DNA of 64,000 bases from Schmidtea nova (GCA_044892505.1 CM097882.1:513918001-513982000); one strand, 5' to 3'; shown: positions 1 through 12,107, counted from the first letter of the stretch. Translations and numbers: made by a program. The notes: generated by a model from the sequence alone, not told the origin.

Positions 1-47
1 CTCCCGGAAATATTCATCTTGTTTAACACCTTTCCAGATTGGTGGCA

Positions 48-514
48 ACAAATAATTTCAATTTGAGGCACAAATAAAGAAAAAAAAACGGGAGAAAAAT
101 TAAAAATGTTGATAGAGTAGGGGAGCGCCCAAGAACAAGAACAGACCCCCCCCGCCCCCTAAAAAATTTTTTAAAAAATTATTTTGTTTAAATAAAGTGA
201 TTTTTTAAAATTTTTTATTTTGTTTAAATGAAGTCAATTTTTAATTTTTTGTTTAAATGAAGTCAATTTAATTTTATTATTTTGTTTAAATGAAGTCTTT
301 ATTTTATTTATTTTTATTAATTAATTAATTTTAATTATTTTTAATTAATTTTTATTAATTAATTTTTATTTTTTATTAATTTTAATTATTTTTATTAATT
401 TACTTTAATTTATTTGTTTTTTGGGGGGTCTCTACTCCCCCTACTCTACTATCAACATTTTTAATTTTTCTCCCGTTTTTTTTTCTTTATTTGTGCCTTA
501 AATTGAAATTATTT
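48..514. repeat. Imperfect palindrome: ~80-bp inverted arms around an AT-rich core of short tandem units
   Basis: 48-125 (aaataatttcaatttgaggcac...gatagagtaggggag) is the reverse complement of ~435-514 with few differences; the core repeats tttgtttaaatgaagtc. Confidence 0.85.
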
Positions 515-529
515 GTTTTTCTCGCTGTA

Positions 530-900
530 ACAATGTATAGACAGAATTTTATTCTCTACAAGATGGCCAACTTGAAAATTCAAAATGTTGTGTTTTGCGA
601 GCTGCACACGTGTTTTGTTGTTATTAATTGGTTTTCTTTGATGTTGTAATGAAGATAATGAGTTTTCACATTAACAGTGTATATTTAGAATTTAATTTCC
701 TATAAAATGGCTTAAATAAAAATATAAAATTAGTCATTTTTCGTGTTGCAGACATGTTTTATTGATATTTTTGAACAATTTAAAATAATTTTTTAGAGTT
801 TTCATTATATGTATAAATTTTCCACTAAATTGTTTGATTAGAAATTTAAAAAATATCGTGTTACACATGGGTTTTGTTGTAAATAATTGATTTTATTTGA
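530..900 (+). repeat. Degenerate 144-bp repeat units upstream of the pPolB promoter
   Basis: cacacgtg at 605 and cagacatg at 749 (144 apart); same unit as the array at 55540-56260. Confidence 0.65.
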
Positions 901-1308
901 TACTTTAATTGTGTTTTCACTGTAACAATTTATATTCTAATTCTCTATAATAATACAATATTTAAAAACTAATAACTTTGTGAATAATTAGTTTACTTTT
1001 AATTAATTAATTTTTATTTTTATTAATTAATTTTTATTTCAATTAATTTACAATTTATCGAAAAATTAATTTTTTTTTATTTAATTTTAATTACTTGTAA
1101 TAATTTTTATAATTTATTAGTATAATTTAATTTTAAAATTAATCTTAATTTATTACATTGTTTTTAAATAATAATTGATATTTAACAATTATTGATGACA
1201 TATATTTATAACAATAAATGATGTGTTCAATAATTTTTAAAAAATTTAATTGTAGAAATAAATTACACTGTGGTATTTACAAACGTGTGTGTATGTTTCC
1301 TCGAATTT

Positions 1309-1347
1309 GATTGGTTAAAAATTTTTGAATTTAGTATATAAACAATA
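1309..1347 (+). promoter_or_regulatory. Putative Pol II promoter (reverse CCAAT box plus TATA box) of the spliced pPolB gene
   Basis: GATTGG at 1309-1314 and TATATAAACAATA at 1335-1347; the same 13-mer occurs at 56721 upstream of the paralog. Confidence 0.55.
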
Positions 1348-1444
1348 GTTTTTCATTTAAGAATCACTTTTTACTGCAACCTAAATTTGGTAAGTTATTT
1401 TTTTTGTTTTAAAGTTTTTAAATAATCAACTTATTTTAGATAAA

Positions 1445-4400
1445 ATGAACAATACCAACAATAATATGGATATTACCAAGAACAACGATGTCGACAACAA
1501 TATGAACAACGTTATTGGTGACAATGTTGAAGCATCTGAAACAATGGATAGTTTAATAAAAAATAAACTTAACGATGAAAAGAGAAAAGAAAGTAACTGT
1601 AAGTATCGATTTATTTAATGATTGCAATTTATAATTAATTACCTTTGTATATAAATATTAATTTAAATTATTTAATAATTAATTTTCTTTATCAATTTTG
1701 TAATTTAACGGATAATCTTTATTTATTATTCAAAGAGATTTGTAATATTTATCATTGATAAGTTAATAAATACTAATGAGAACTTAAAATAATTAACTGT
1801 ATTATTTAAATTATTAATTAGTTTTTAATTATTTTTGTAGTGTTTACTAATTTTTGAAAATTATTTACAATTTTTGAATTTGAATTTTTATTTTATAACT
1901 AATTATTAAAACAATTCTAGTATTAATTATAATAATTAATTAATTAATTTGAATATTGATTAATATTACTTATTGTTTTATTTTTTAATAATTTTTTAGT
2001 AATTAAAGTTTTTGTAAATTAATTATTAATAAATAATTTATTTTCTATCATAGTAAATAATGTGTTCTATATGAAAATTATTATATTAAATTAATATTTT
2101 TAAATTACTTGTAAATAATTTAAATTTTACATCTTTGAGTAAAACTTATTATTAAAACAATTATAATTAAGAATATAATAATTGAAATTAATTAATATTA
2201 TTTTTCATAATTTTTAAATTATTTAATTAAATTTTTATTATTGTAATTATTAATTAATTTATATTAATTATTGTATAATGACATTAATTTTAATATTAAA
2301 ATACTTGTCATTTATTGTTCATATTTTTAATTATTTTTAATATTTAAGGTAAACTTTTTCCGAATTTTCGCCGATCATCAATTCATGACAATAAATGTAT
2401 TGAATTAATGGGAAAATATTACCGATATTCTTATAAAGGAGCTACGTTTTTTATATGTCACGTATGTAAGACCACCCAAAATTCGACTTTTTTGAACTTT
2501 TATGATGACCATAAGGATCATTTAAGGAAATTTAGATCTTCGAAAAAATCCATTTTTAATTTAACAATAAATAATAGTAATAGTGCTAACAATATTATTA
2601 ATAATAAAAGAAAAATCCTTATCGATAATCCACTACCTACAAAAGTTAGAAAATTAAGTAATATAGTTGACGAGGTAATATCCGATATGAAAATTCTTTC
2701 CGACTCTGACACAAGTTCTAATAATGACATTAACACCATAGATGTTCAATATGGTGGGTCCCTTCTTCCTAACGTTAAATTTGATTTGAGAAAATCTCAC
2801 GCCATTGTGAAAATGGATGTTTCTCACTTGGTTTTGAAAACATTAATTTTACCTGATATTTTAATTAATAAATTAAATAATGTTATTAATGAGATGGGTT
2901 CAGTGAAAATACAATTTTGTATTGACGTAGAGTTTGAAAAAGATGGTGAATTCCAATCCTTCATCATTTCAAATTCTGCGAGACCTATGAGTGATACCTT
3001 TTTTGACTAGGATATCACTCTTTTAAATGAAAAAATAGCATTAATTAACGATAAAGGGAGTAATTGGGTTATTAACAAAGTTAATGAAATCCATTTTGTA
3101 TTAACTAAATTTGCCCAAATTAGTCGATTGAGTGGCAGAGGTCATATAAATACCCCTCAATCTTTAGTTGCGAAATATTGTACAGTAAATGTAATTAATT
3201 CCGATGATTTATGTTTCATTTATAGTATTTTAGCTATTTTGAAATATGATGAGGTAACTGATCGTTTTCATAGATATAGAATTAGTAATTATAATATTAA
3301 TGATCTTGACGTTGACCCTTCTGAAATGCCCATGAAACTTTGCAATATTCCAAAATTTGAAGCTAAAAACCCTGGACTTGCTATTAATGTTCTATCTTAT
3401 GATGAAGATGCTCTTCTTGATACATTGGCAAATCCTGAAGTTTTTAAACACCCTTGTGTTGACATTATCCAAAGGTCGAAAGTTGTTGGCGGTACTCCTA
3501 TTAACTTGATTTTATTGGAAAGTGGTGATGCATATCATTATATTGCAGTCACTGATCTTGATAGGCTTTTGAATCTTGATGATCGTACAATTTCCAATAC
3601 TCGCATTCAAAGTATATGGTGTCATCGATGCTTGAATGGATTTCGAAAACAGGAAGCATTCGATTGTCATCAACAGTTGTGTGCTAAAAATCAATTAGGC
3701 ACAACTCTTTATACTCTGCCTAGAAATAAAAATTTACAATTTAGTAATTGGGGTAAAACGATTACCCCACCTTTTGTTGTTTACGTTGATTTTGAGGCTA
3801 TCTTACCTACTGATGATAAGTACTTTCAAAGACATGTCCCAATATCGACCGGTCTTTTACTTGTAAATAATTTCACTGGAGAAAAGATTTACAAGAGTTT
3901 CTTAGGTCTTGATTGCGTTACTAATTTTCTTACTGAAATTAGTAATATTTCTGAAACTATTGTTTATCCCTTTTATAGAACTAATTACAAGAAACCTCTT
4001 TTTATGACATCGGCTAATCAAGAATCTTTTTATTCTGCTACTATTTGTTATCTTTGTAAGAAAACTTTAGTACAACCAGTCAGAGACCATGATCACTACA
4101 CTGGTGAATATTTGGGAGCTGCTTGTAATTCTTGTAATCAATCCCGTCGTTTATACAAGTTTTTACCCGTTATTTTTCATAATTTAAAGGGATATGACTT
4201 GCACCATATTCTTAAATATGGTTTGGCTAATTTTTCAACTTGGAAAATTTCTTGCATTCCTACAACTAGCGAAAAATTCTTGACATTGTCTGCAAGGGTT
4301 GGTGATTTACCAATTAAATTCATCGATTCTTGTCAATTTGTAAATTCTAGTTTAAATGACGCTGCTAAGACTCTTACTTGTTTGCCTTTGACTAGATCTG

Positions 4401-4693
4401 AATTCACCGGGACTATTGTTGACTGTAAGGGTATTTTTCCTTATGATTTTGCAACATCTTAAGAAATTCTTAACAACACTTATGAGTTGCCACCAATCTG
4501 GAAAGGTGTTAAACAAGATGAATATGACAAGGCATTGGTGATTTGGAGGGAATCTCAGTGTCAAACTCTTTGTGACTATATGATGGTCTACCTTAAACTG
4601 GATGTTTTTCTTCTTGCTGATTTCTTTCAACAGTTTAGGGCTAAATCTATAGCTCACAATAGACTTGAGCCTTTGAATTTCTTGGGGATTCCA
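1445..4693 (+). pseudogene. polB: Polinton-type pPolB, N-terminal half, spliced; truncated before the polymerase palm
   Basis: Exon 1445-1598, intron 1599-2348 (GTAAGT...TTTAAG), then one frame from 2349 to 4693 with point stops at 3008 and 4460. Motifs FVVYVDFEA (ExoI), CYLC...DHDHYTGEYLGAACNSCN (EndoVII-like), FHNLKGYD (ExoII), YLKLDVFLL (ExoIII). Homology ends at GIP. Confidence 0.9.
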
Positions 4694-5591
4694 ATTTTGA
4701 AGCTTGTGGACGAAACTCAATAACGAAATAAAAGGTATTATTGATGTTTGTTTTAATACTTTTAAATCCTCATAATATCTAAAATCAATAAGTTTTGTCC
4801 CGAAGATCTCACGATCTGACGGGATACTCGGCCTCTCGGCACAACATATTTTTATATAAGGTACCGACGCGGAGAGAGTGTAATGTAATAAACTGATGCG
4901 GAGGGGAAGGGTGCACATAGCGCATTGTGTAAAGGACCTATGGACGATTCCAGTCGTATAGATAATGCTACACCATGACTATGCTCGGTGTTAAGCTAGA
5001 TCAGAGGGAGGGACTCTCCATGTTACAGCCGATGTTGTAAGGAAAGAAACAGGCAGTGAGAACAGGTAACCCAACAAATACCCAGTGGTTCCACTCCATA
5101 ATAAACCAGCGAACCCCCTCGACATAATAGGTACCTTGATTAAACTGATCTGAATCAAATAGGCATGATTTGGTGAAAAGATAGGTTACAACATACGGTA
5201 GCAATAACCATTCACGCTAGCGATAACCAAAATCGATAAAAATGTGTACAATAATAAGTCTGAGTAGTAAGCAGCGTGACGATCGGCCTACGGCGATAGA
5301 TCATTGTCAGTACATAATATGCGCGTGGTAGTAACCATATCGGCAACATGAACGCCAACTACTACAACGTACAAATGATGATATAAATTCACACCCGATA
5401 CAACAATAATATAGTGAACAGAATTACGCTTATTGAATGTCAAGAATGTCTGAAAACAATCAAGTAAGAAATTCGTGAGTTGAATGTGTTTTTACGTATG
5501 ATGTCCGAGTGATGCCAGACTGATAAAGGAATGCATGCTTAACTGACGACTTCAACTAATTATTAAATCACTACACCTTCGTCTTCAGAAA

Positions 5592-6215
5592 ATGAAATGC
5601 CAAAGACTTCGCTCACAAGGCAACCGGAATCAACAGTGGCAAGCCATGGACGCTACACCTCCTCCAAATGCTATCCAACGGGCGGCGGAGCGATGCCTCA
5701 GGACATGGATGCGCAGACACGTGGATCCCGTAGCCCGAGCGGCCATAACATCTTTCCGATAACGAATACGCTGGGAAGGCGACCCGAAATGGCAGGCACC
5801 AGTAGCAGGTCCGAAACAAACCAAGTCCCGATGGTTCATCCAGTTCGAAGATGAGACGAAGCGACCAAAATGGATAATCAGCGATCCCTCCGTACGGGGA
5901 ACCGACTTCTATCATCTCTGTTATCTCTTACTTGATCAACCCAGGAACCGAACGACCGGAGAGAGGAAGCAATATTTACATGCTCCCGGAAATATAGCCA
6001 TGGACACTCAATCCAACGGAGATCCAGCGAGACTGTGGGAGGTCTTCGCATGCGACGATCAATTATGCTGGAGCCCTGCCCCCAAATATACCTACCCGAC
6101 GGAACCGGGCGGGAGGATAGACAATTCGACCAGGATCTCAGGGAATTCCTGCAAGAACTATGAATGGAGCTGTCGAGCTTGCGTTGAACATGTGTATTTC
6201 CATCTAAATAAATAA
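5592..6215 (+). pseudogene. ORF-A, unknown Trp-rich 207-codon protein with one internal stop
   Basis: Single frame MKCQRLRSQ...HVYFHLNK with TAA at 5760; preceded by tcttcag|aaaATG and followed by AATAAA; related reading frames at 39.9, 45.1 and 61.1 kb. Confidence 0.65.
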
Positions 6216-6430
6216 TCTAGTTTCTCTTAGTTATATAAATCGGTTTAGTTATGTATGTGCAAGTGTGAATGATGTATGAGAAAGGAAAGAGGGACACGGA
6301 GTAGTGTATACGAAGGAAGGGTAAAGTTAGAAGTGGCATGAACCACAACTAAGGGGAATAAAAAGGGAATATCGACCCGTAACGAACCCAAATCCAAACT
6401 GCGAATTTAAAACCCTTCTTTATTTTTTAG

Positions 6431-6991
6431 ATGAATAACACGACCCCTCGTGACTTCAGAAAAGAGGCCAAAGAATATAAAGCTCGCGCAAAGGTGTTGG
6501 AGAGTCGATTACGCCAATTAGGCGAGGAGCATTAACGTGTTAAAACCACATGGTTCAACCCTGAACGAGTGAAATCTATCCTACAGGCAAGGCATAGAGC
6601 GGAGCGTATCGCCGAGGAACAATCCAGGGAGACCGCAGCGGTGAGGCTAGAGCTCCATAACTACTTAAAGGCCTCGACTCAGGAGTTTATATCGCAACAA
6701 TTACGTCCTCTCATCCGGGAGAGTACGTTCAACCGCTGGGTCGAAACCCTACCTACGACAATAAGTACTCAGACCGAGACCGAACAAGATACTACGACGC
6801 CCACCCCAGTAATATCGACGCCGCTGGAAGGCTCGAAAAGGATGAAGCGCCGAAACCGTCTAGGAGCAAAAAGACGTCGAGAACGGAGGGCTTACGCAGA
6901 AAGACTCGGCATCGAGGTCGATCTATTGAGTGGATTGACTGAACAACAACTATTAGATGTGATCAATCCGTCAATGTTATTGAACAATTAA
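6431..6991 (+). pseudogene. ORF-B, coiled-coil protein with basic C-terminus (186 codons, one stop)
   Basis: MNNTTPRDF...H*RVKTTWFNPERVK...KRRNRLGAKRRRERR; TAA at 6533; ttttttag|ATG; homologs at four other loci. Confidence 0.8.
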
Positions 6992-7159
6992 TAAATGTAT
7001 TTAAAATGAGTCGAATTAACTTGATTGTCTGCAGAATGACTGAGAAAACCCTAATAAAGTTACTGGAACCAATTTCATTTTTGCTAAAGGTACCCCGAAT
7101 TGAGTTATTAGCAAAAGGTCAAAGGAGCGCATAAAGGGACCGAAACAAATCCACGTAAA

Positions 7160-7390
7160 CCTTCTATCGGTAGTGGTGGACCCGTGAATAAACAAGGGAA
7201 TAGTAGCCGCAAGGTTGCTCACCTGCCTTGTCATTTCACAACGTTGACACAGTACCAACATGATGAGTAGTTAGGGATACATCATGGGTGTCAGCGGGGA
7301 GATGTTTTTATGTTGGCGAGATCACCCTAACGTATAAAATCCAAACGATCTCAGTTGTCCATCTAACCAACACACCAGCAAAGTTTTCTT
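7160..7390. other. Conserved element C downstream of ORF-B (copy 1)
   Basis: CCTTCTATCGG...GGACCCGTGAA...GCTCACCTG...CACAGTACCAA boxes shared with 27.2, 42.3 and 60.1 kb. Confidence 0.75.
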
Positions 7391-7549
7391 TAAAATGTAT
7401 TTGAGTATTTTCTTCAAAAAGCTTTGTTGATGGACCACCGATAAATGCACTGAAATAAATCCATTCAAATTTATAATAAGAAATTTATTCAAAGAAGTAA
7501 GGTTTATTTTATATTTTTCTTTCATTTTTTATAATTATTCTTTACAGAA

Positions 7550-7790
7550 ATGATGCAGAGACAAAAGAAACAAGCCAATTCAAAAGATAATACTACGAAA
7601 CAATCGGTAATATTAATATATTAACCAAATATAAGTTTTTATTTTTTTTTTAAATTTCAGAATGCTTCAAATTCTAATTCTAATTCAAAGGATCAATGTA
7701 AATTTTTTTATTTATGATTTCAGATTTTAGATGATTGTATTTTGTTGAAGTTAACTATCATTGATGATAGTGAAGTTAACAAAATATAAT
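7550..7790 (+). other. Possible short spliced Asn/Ser-rich ORF
   Basis: tttacag|aaATG exon 7550-7606, 54-nt GT-AG intron, exon 7661-7697, then a 26- or 33-nt intron; the frame stays open across the junctions. Confidence 0.35.
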
Positions 7791-8483
7791 CATCTAAAAT
7801 AGTAAATTATTTTTATATTATTTTTAATTTAATAATAGATGAATAAAATTTGTTGTTAGGGACACTAACAACAAAATTTATTCATCTTTAGTAATATATA
7901 AAAATTATTTTTATAATATTTAATGTCATTATAATCTTTTGTTTCACCCATGATAAAGGCTGGGTCAAAATATTGTGTACTTATTTAAAAATAATTTGAT
8001 CTAGTCTTAACATTATGGGAATTATTAATATTTAATGTATAAAATTTGTTGTTAGGAACACTAACAACAACAAAAATTATTGTTTTTTGACACAAAAATT
8101 ATTTTAAAATATTATATTATTAATTAGAATAACAAATTTTATAAAAAATTATTGTTTTATTTTTTAAACAAAAAAATCATACAAGTATGGAAAATATTGT
8201 TTTTAACAAAAATAAAATAGCTAATTTAAAAAAAAATTATAAATAAATTTTTATTGTTATGTATACTAACAACGAGAATACCTATGTAAATTCATAAAAT
8301 TTTTATTCATTTATGTACACTAACAACAAGGAATTATATATTCATATAAATATGAAAAATACATCCAAAATAATTGTTATTTTAAGTAATTATTACAGTA
8401 ATCTTTAGATAAAAAACTTTTAATAGATACACAAAATAACAATTTTTTTTCTAGGAAGTTTATATTACTAATGTTCTCTCTCA

Positions 8484-8514
<31 letters not shown>

Positions 8515-8949
8515 TTTAGAATATAAATTAAATTAATTTTAAAATAACATTGAGGTTTATTATATCCGAGGTATTGTAACAATGCAATACAGAGTTCCAA
8601 TTGTCACCAAATAATGGAACTTTATTATAAAATAACACATTTCCAGGAAATATACTATATATGCCCATTTTGACAGACTCTAAGTTCCGACCTGTGGTGA
8701 ACCCAACATTTGGGTATGGTGATTTGTTTCATATGAGGCGTTTTATTTTTATTGTTATTATCACGGAGTTGGACCCGCCCCATCCCTACATATTAAGGGC
8801 AATGTAACATTTATTATTTTCATTATTTTTATTATAATTTTTAAATTTTAAAATAATTAAGCTTACTATAGCAATAAATAATTGAAATTGATTTAAAAAT
8901 TTAAAAATTAATTTCCAGAAAATAATTCGGTTATAAATATTATAAATAT

Positions 8950-10399
8950 AAAAAAACTCAAAGCTCACCAAAGTCGATATTCCACTTTTGACAGGGAACT
9001 GCTGGCAGTACACGATATAATAAAACACTTTCAATACCTTTTAGAAGGGAAAGAATTTGAGGTGTATACTGACCACAAACCTCTAGTAAACGCAATCAAA
9101 ATGAAATTACCGTCACCAAGACAAATAAGACAGTTAAACTACATTTCACAGTTCAATTGCAAAATAAAATATATAGCAGGAGCAGCAAACATATGCGCAG
9201 ATACCCTACCGCGAATAGAAACAGAAACAAACGCGATCAGCATGATCCCAATAGTGAATCAAGAAACAATGAGAAACAAGCAAAAAAGAGCAATAAAAAA
9301 CTTTCCAAAACTCAACTCATTAATCCTAAAAGAGATTGATGGAATTTGGTACGATGTCTCAAACGAAAACAACATAAGACTAATAGTACCTGATGAACAC
9401 AGAATCGAACTAATCAAACAATATCACAACATTTACCACCCGAGAACGAAAGCCACATACGAACTCATGCACACAAAAGTGGTATGGCCGAACATGAGGA
9501 AGGACATCAAATAATTCGTAAACTCATGTAAAAACTGCCAGAAAAACAAAATAACAACAAAATTCAAAACCACAAAAATTGAATTCCCAAAAACAGAACC
9601 TTTCTAAACCATACATATAGACATAGTTGGTCCATTACCACCTAACAACAAACACAAATACCTATTGACGATAATAGACCGATACACTAACTGGTTTGAG
9701 GCTATCCCGATCAAAGAGATCTCAACAGCAACAATTTGCAGGAAACTAGAAATAAACTGGTTTGCGAGATACGGATGCCCAAAAACAATTATTAGCGATC
9801 AAGGCAGACAATTTGAATCTGATATGTTCAAAGGACTGTGCAACAAATACAAAATAAAGAAAGTCAGAACAACAGCATATAACCCACAGTTACGAAATAA
9901 TCCATCTTCGGTAAATAATAAAAGCCCTACCCAACTAACTTTTGGACATTCTACAAACCTCCCAAATTTAATAAAAAATGTCGAAAACACGGACAAAACA
10001 TTCGAAGTCAAAACACAAACAAAGCATAACGTAACAAAAGAAGCTTTCGTAAATAAAAATGACAAACACAAACTTGCAAAAACAAACCTCATCGTAGAGT
10101 CGGTTTTAATAAAAAAACCGTTCACCAGTGGTTTCGAGTCAAAATATGAAGGTCCCTACAAATTATTCAATCTGAACAAAAATGTGGGCACCCTACTAAT
10201 AAACAACAGGGAAATCAGAATCAACATTCGCAGATTAAAACCCTATCAGTATAACAATCAAACAACACAAAACCAAATGAACAAAAAACCCCAACAACTT
10301 CTTAACAGAAACACAACAATTACACCAATTAAAAAAAAAGATAAAGCGACTGCCTCAAATAAAAATACCAACACACACAAAAACACAGGCACAACATAG
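8950..10399 (+). pseudogene. Gypsy pol fragment: RNase H end and integrase
   Basis: YSTFDRELLA...YTDHKPL (RNase H); YHNIYHP...VWPNM (integrase Zn region); HIDIVGPLP, IIDRYTNWFEAIP, SDQGRQFES, TTAYNPQ; several stops. Confidence 0.9.
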
Positions 10400-10879
10400 C
10401 TATTTGTACAGATTTTTTATTTTTTTTTTGTAAATATGTAACTTTTGTGTTAAATTGTAACTAAAAAAAACTAAACAAAAAATAACAAAAACAAAACAAA
10501 AGAAAAGAGGTTTCAAGTTACCGTTATCGTTAAAAATGTAGATTTGATGTGATTGTGTGACTGTTTTTCTCTTTCGTTCAAATGTAACCTCCGGTTTTAA
10601 AGGGGGAAGTTTGTGGTGAACCCAACATTTGGGTATGGTGATTTGTTTCATGAGGCGTTTTATTTTTATTTTTATTGTTATTATCACGGAGTTGGACCCC
10701 CCCATCCCTACATATTAAGGGCAATGTAACATTTATTATTTTCATTATTTTTATTATAATTTTTAAATTTTAAAATAATTAAGCTTACTATAGTAATAAA
10801 CTATAGTAAGCTTACAAAAATATATGAAATTGATTGAAATTTAAAAATTAATTTCCAGAAAATAATTCGGTTATAAATA

Positions 10880-11625
10880 TTATTATTAACCTTTTATACA
10901 TTTATTGTCCTTCCAAATATATCGAAATAATCAAATTTCAGATTCCGATATTATTATTAACCTTTTATTCATTTATTGTCCTTCCAAATATATCGAAAGA
11001 ATCAAATTTCAGAATCCGATATTATTATTATTAACCTTTTATTCATTTATTGTCCTTCCAAATATAGCGAAAGAATCAAATTTCAAAATCCGATAATCGT
11101 TCACTAAAGTCCAATAAAAGAAATATGTCGAAAGAACCAAATTTCAGATTCCGATATTATTATTATTAACCTTTTATTCATTTATTGTCCTTCCAAATAT
11201 ATCGAAAGAATCAAATTTCAGAATCCGATATTATTTTTATTAACCTTTTATTCATTTATTGTCCTTCCAAATATAGCGAAAGAATCAAATTTCAAAATCC
11301 GATAATCGTTCACTAAAGTCCAATAAAAGAAATATATCGAAAGAACCAAATTTCAGATTCCGATATTATTATTATTAACCTTTTATTCATTTATTGTCCT
11401 TCCAAATATATCGAAAGAATCAAATTTCAGAATCCGATATTATTATTATTAACCTTTTATTCATTTATTGTCCTTCCAAATATAGCAAAAGAATCAAATT
11501 TCAGAATCCGATATTATTATTAACCTTTTATTCATTTATTGTCTTTCCAAATATATCGCAAGAATCAAATTTCAGAATCTGATAATCGTTCACTAAAGTG
11601 CAATAAAAGAAATATATCGAAAATT
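10880..11625 (+). repeat. ~70-bp tandem array with higher-order variant units, inside the 3' LTR
   Basis: Repeated attaaccttttattcatttattgtccttccaaatatatcgaaagaatcaaatttcag; variant unit gataatcgttcactaaag recurs at about 11091, 11300 and 11580. Confidence 0.9.
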
Positions 11626-12107
11626 AACACCTCAACAACAGCTACAACAACAACAACAATAGTCGTTCACTACTATCGTAATAAACAATCAACTATCAGA
11701 ATCTGATAATAAAACAAAACTGCAGTCTATTGGCCGATCTGTGATCAGAACTTTTATAAAGTAATTGTATTGTGATTGTTGTTATAGCGTTTAGACAAGT
11801 TAAATAATAAAATTTTTATAATAACATATCATTTCGTTTGTACTGTTCTTTTAGCATCACATAGCATACACCACGAGTGTCTGCACACGAATACCGCAAG
11901 ACTCTCTCGGGCGCTTACATTTCTCTTTGTACATACTTACACACACCATATAAACATTAAAAGACTCATATATTAACAATATATAGGTATATCTAATTAT
12001 AATAAAACGTTCAACATAACAAACTAAATAACAGACTCTAAAGACTTTTAAAACAACGTAAATATCAACTTTAACACGACCCATACCTTACCTTTTATAA
12101 AAATCAT

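Larger units (their letters stand above)
8693..11850 (+). mobile_element. Internally deleted Ty3/Gypsy LTR retrotransposon
   Basis: LTR-like direct repeats start TGTGGTGAACCCAAC at 8693 and 10612; polypurine tract AAAGGGGGAAG at 10599-10609; the right boundary is approximate. Confidence 0.85.

Noticed and set aside
4700-5570. GC-richer stretch between pPolB and ORF-A, and its counterpart at 45600-46560
   Set aside because: It looks like decayed coding DNA, but I could not find a consistent frame or homology between the two regions.
7036-7190. Sense-strand ORF-C ending LL(S/T)xxx(D/N)P-stop
   Set aside because: The frame is closed shortly upstream in the 42-kb and 60-kb copies, and third codon positions are invariant, which points to nucleotide-level constraint.
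10880-11625. Regular repeats as a CRISPR array (also 25051-25217 and 55540-56260)
   Set aside because: These are head-to-tail tandem units without unique spacers; there are no cas genes and the context is eukaryotic.
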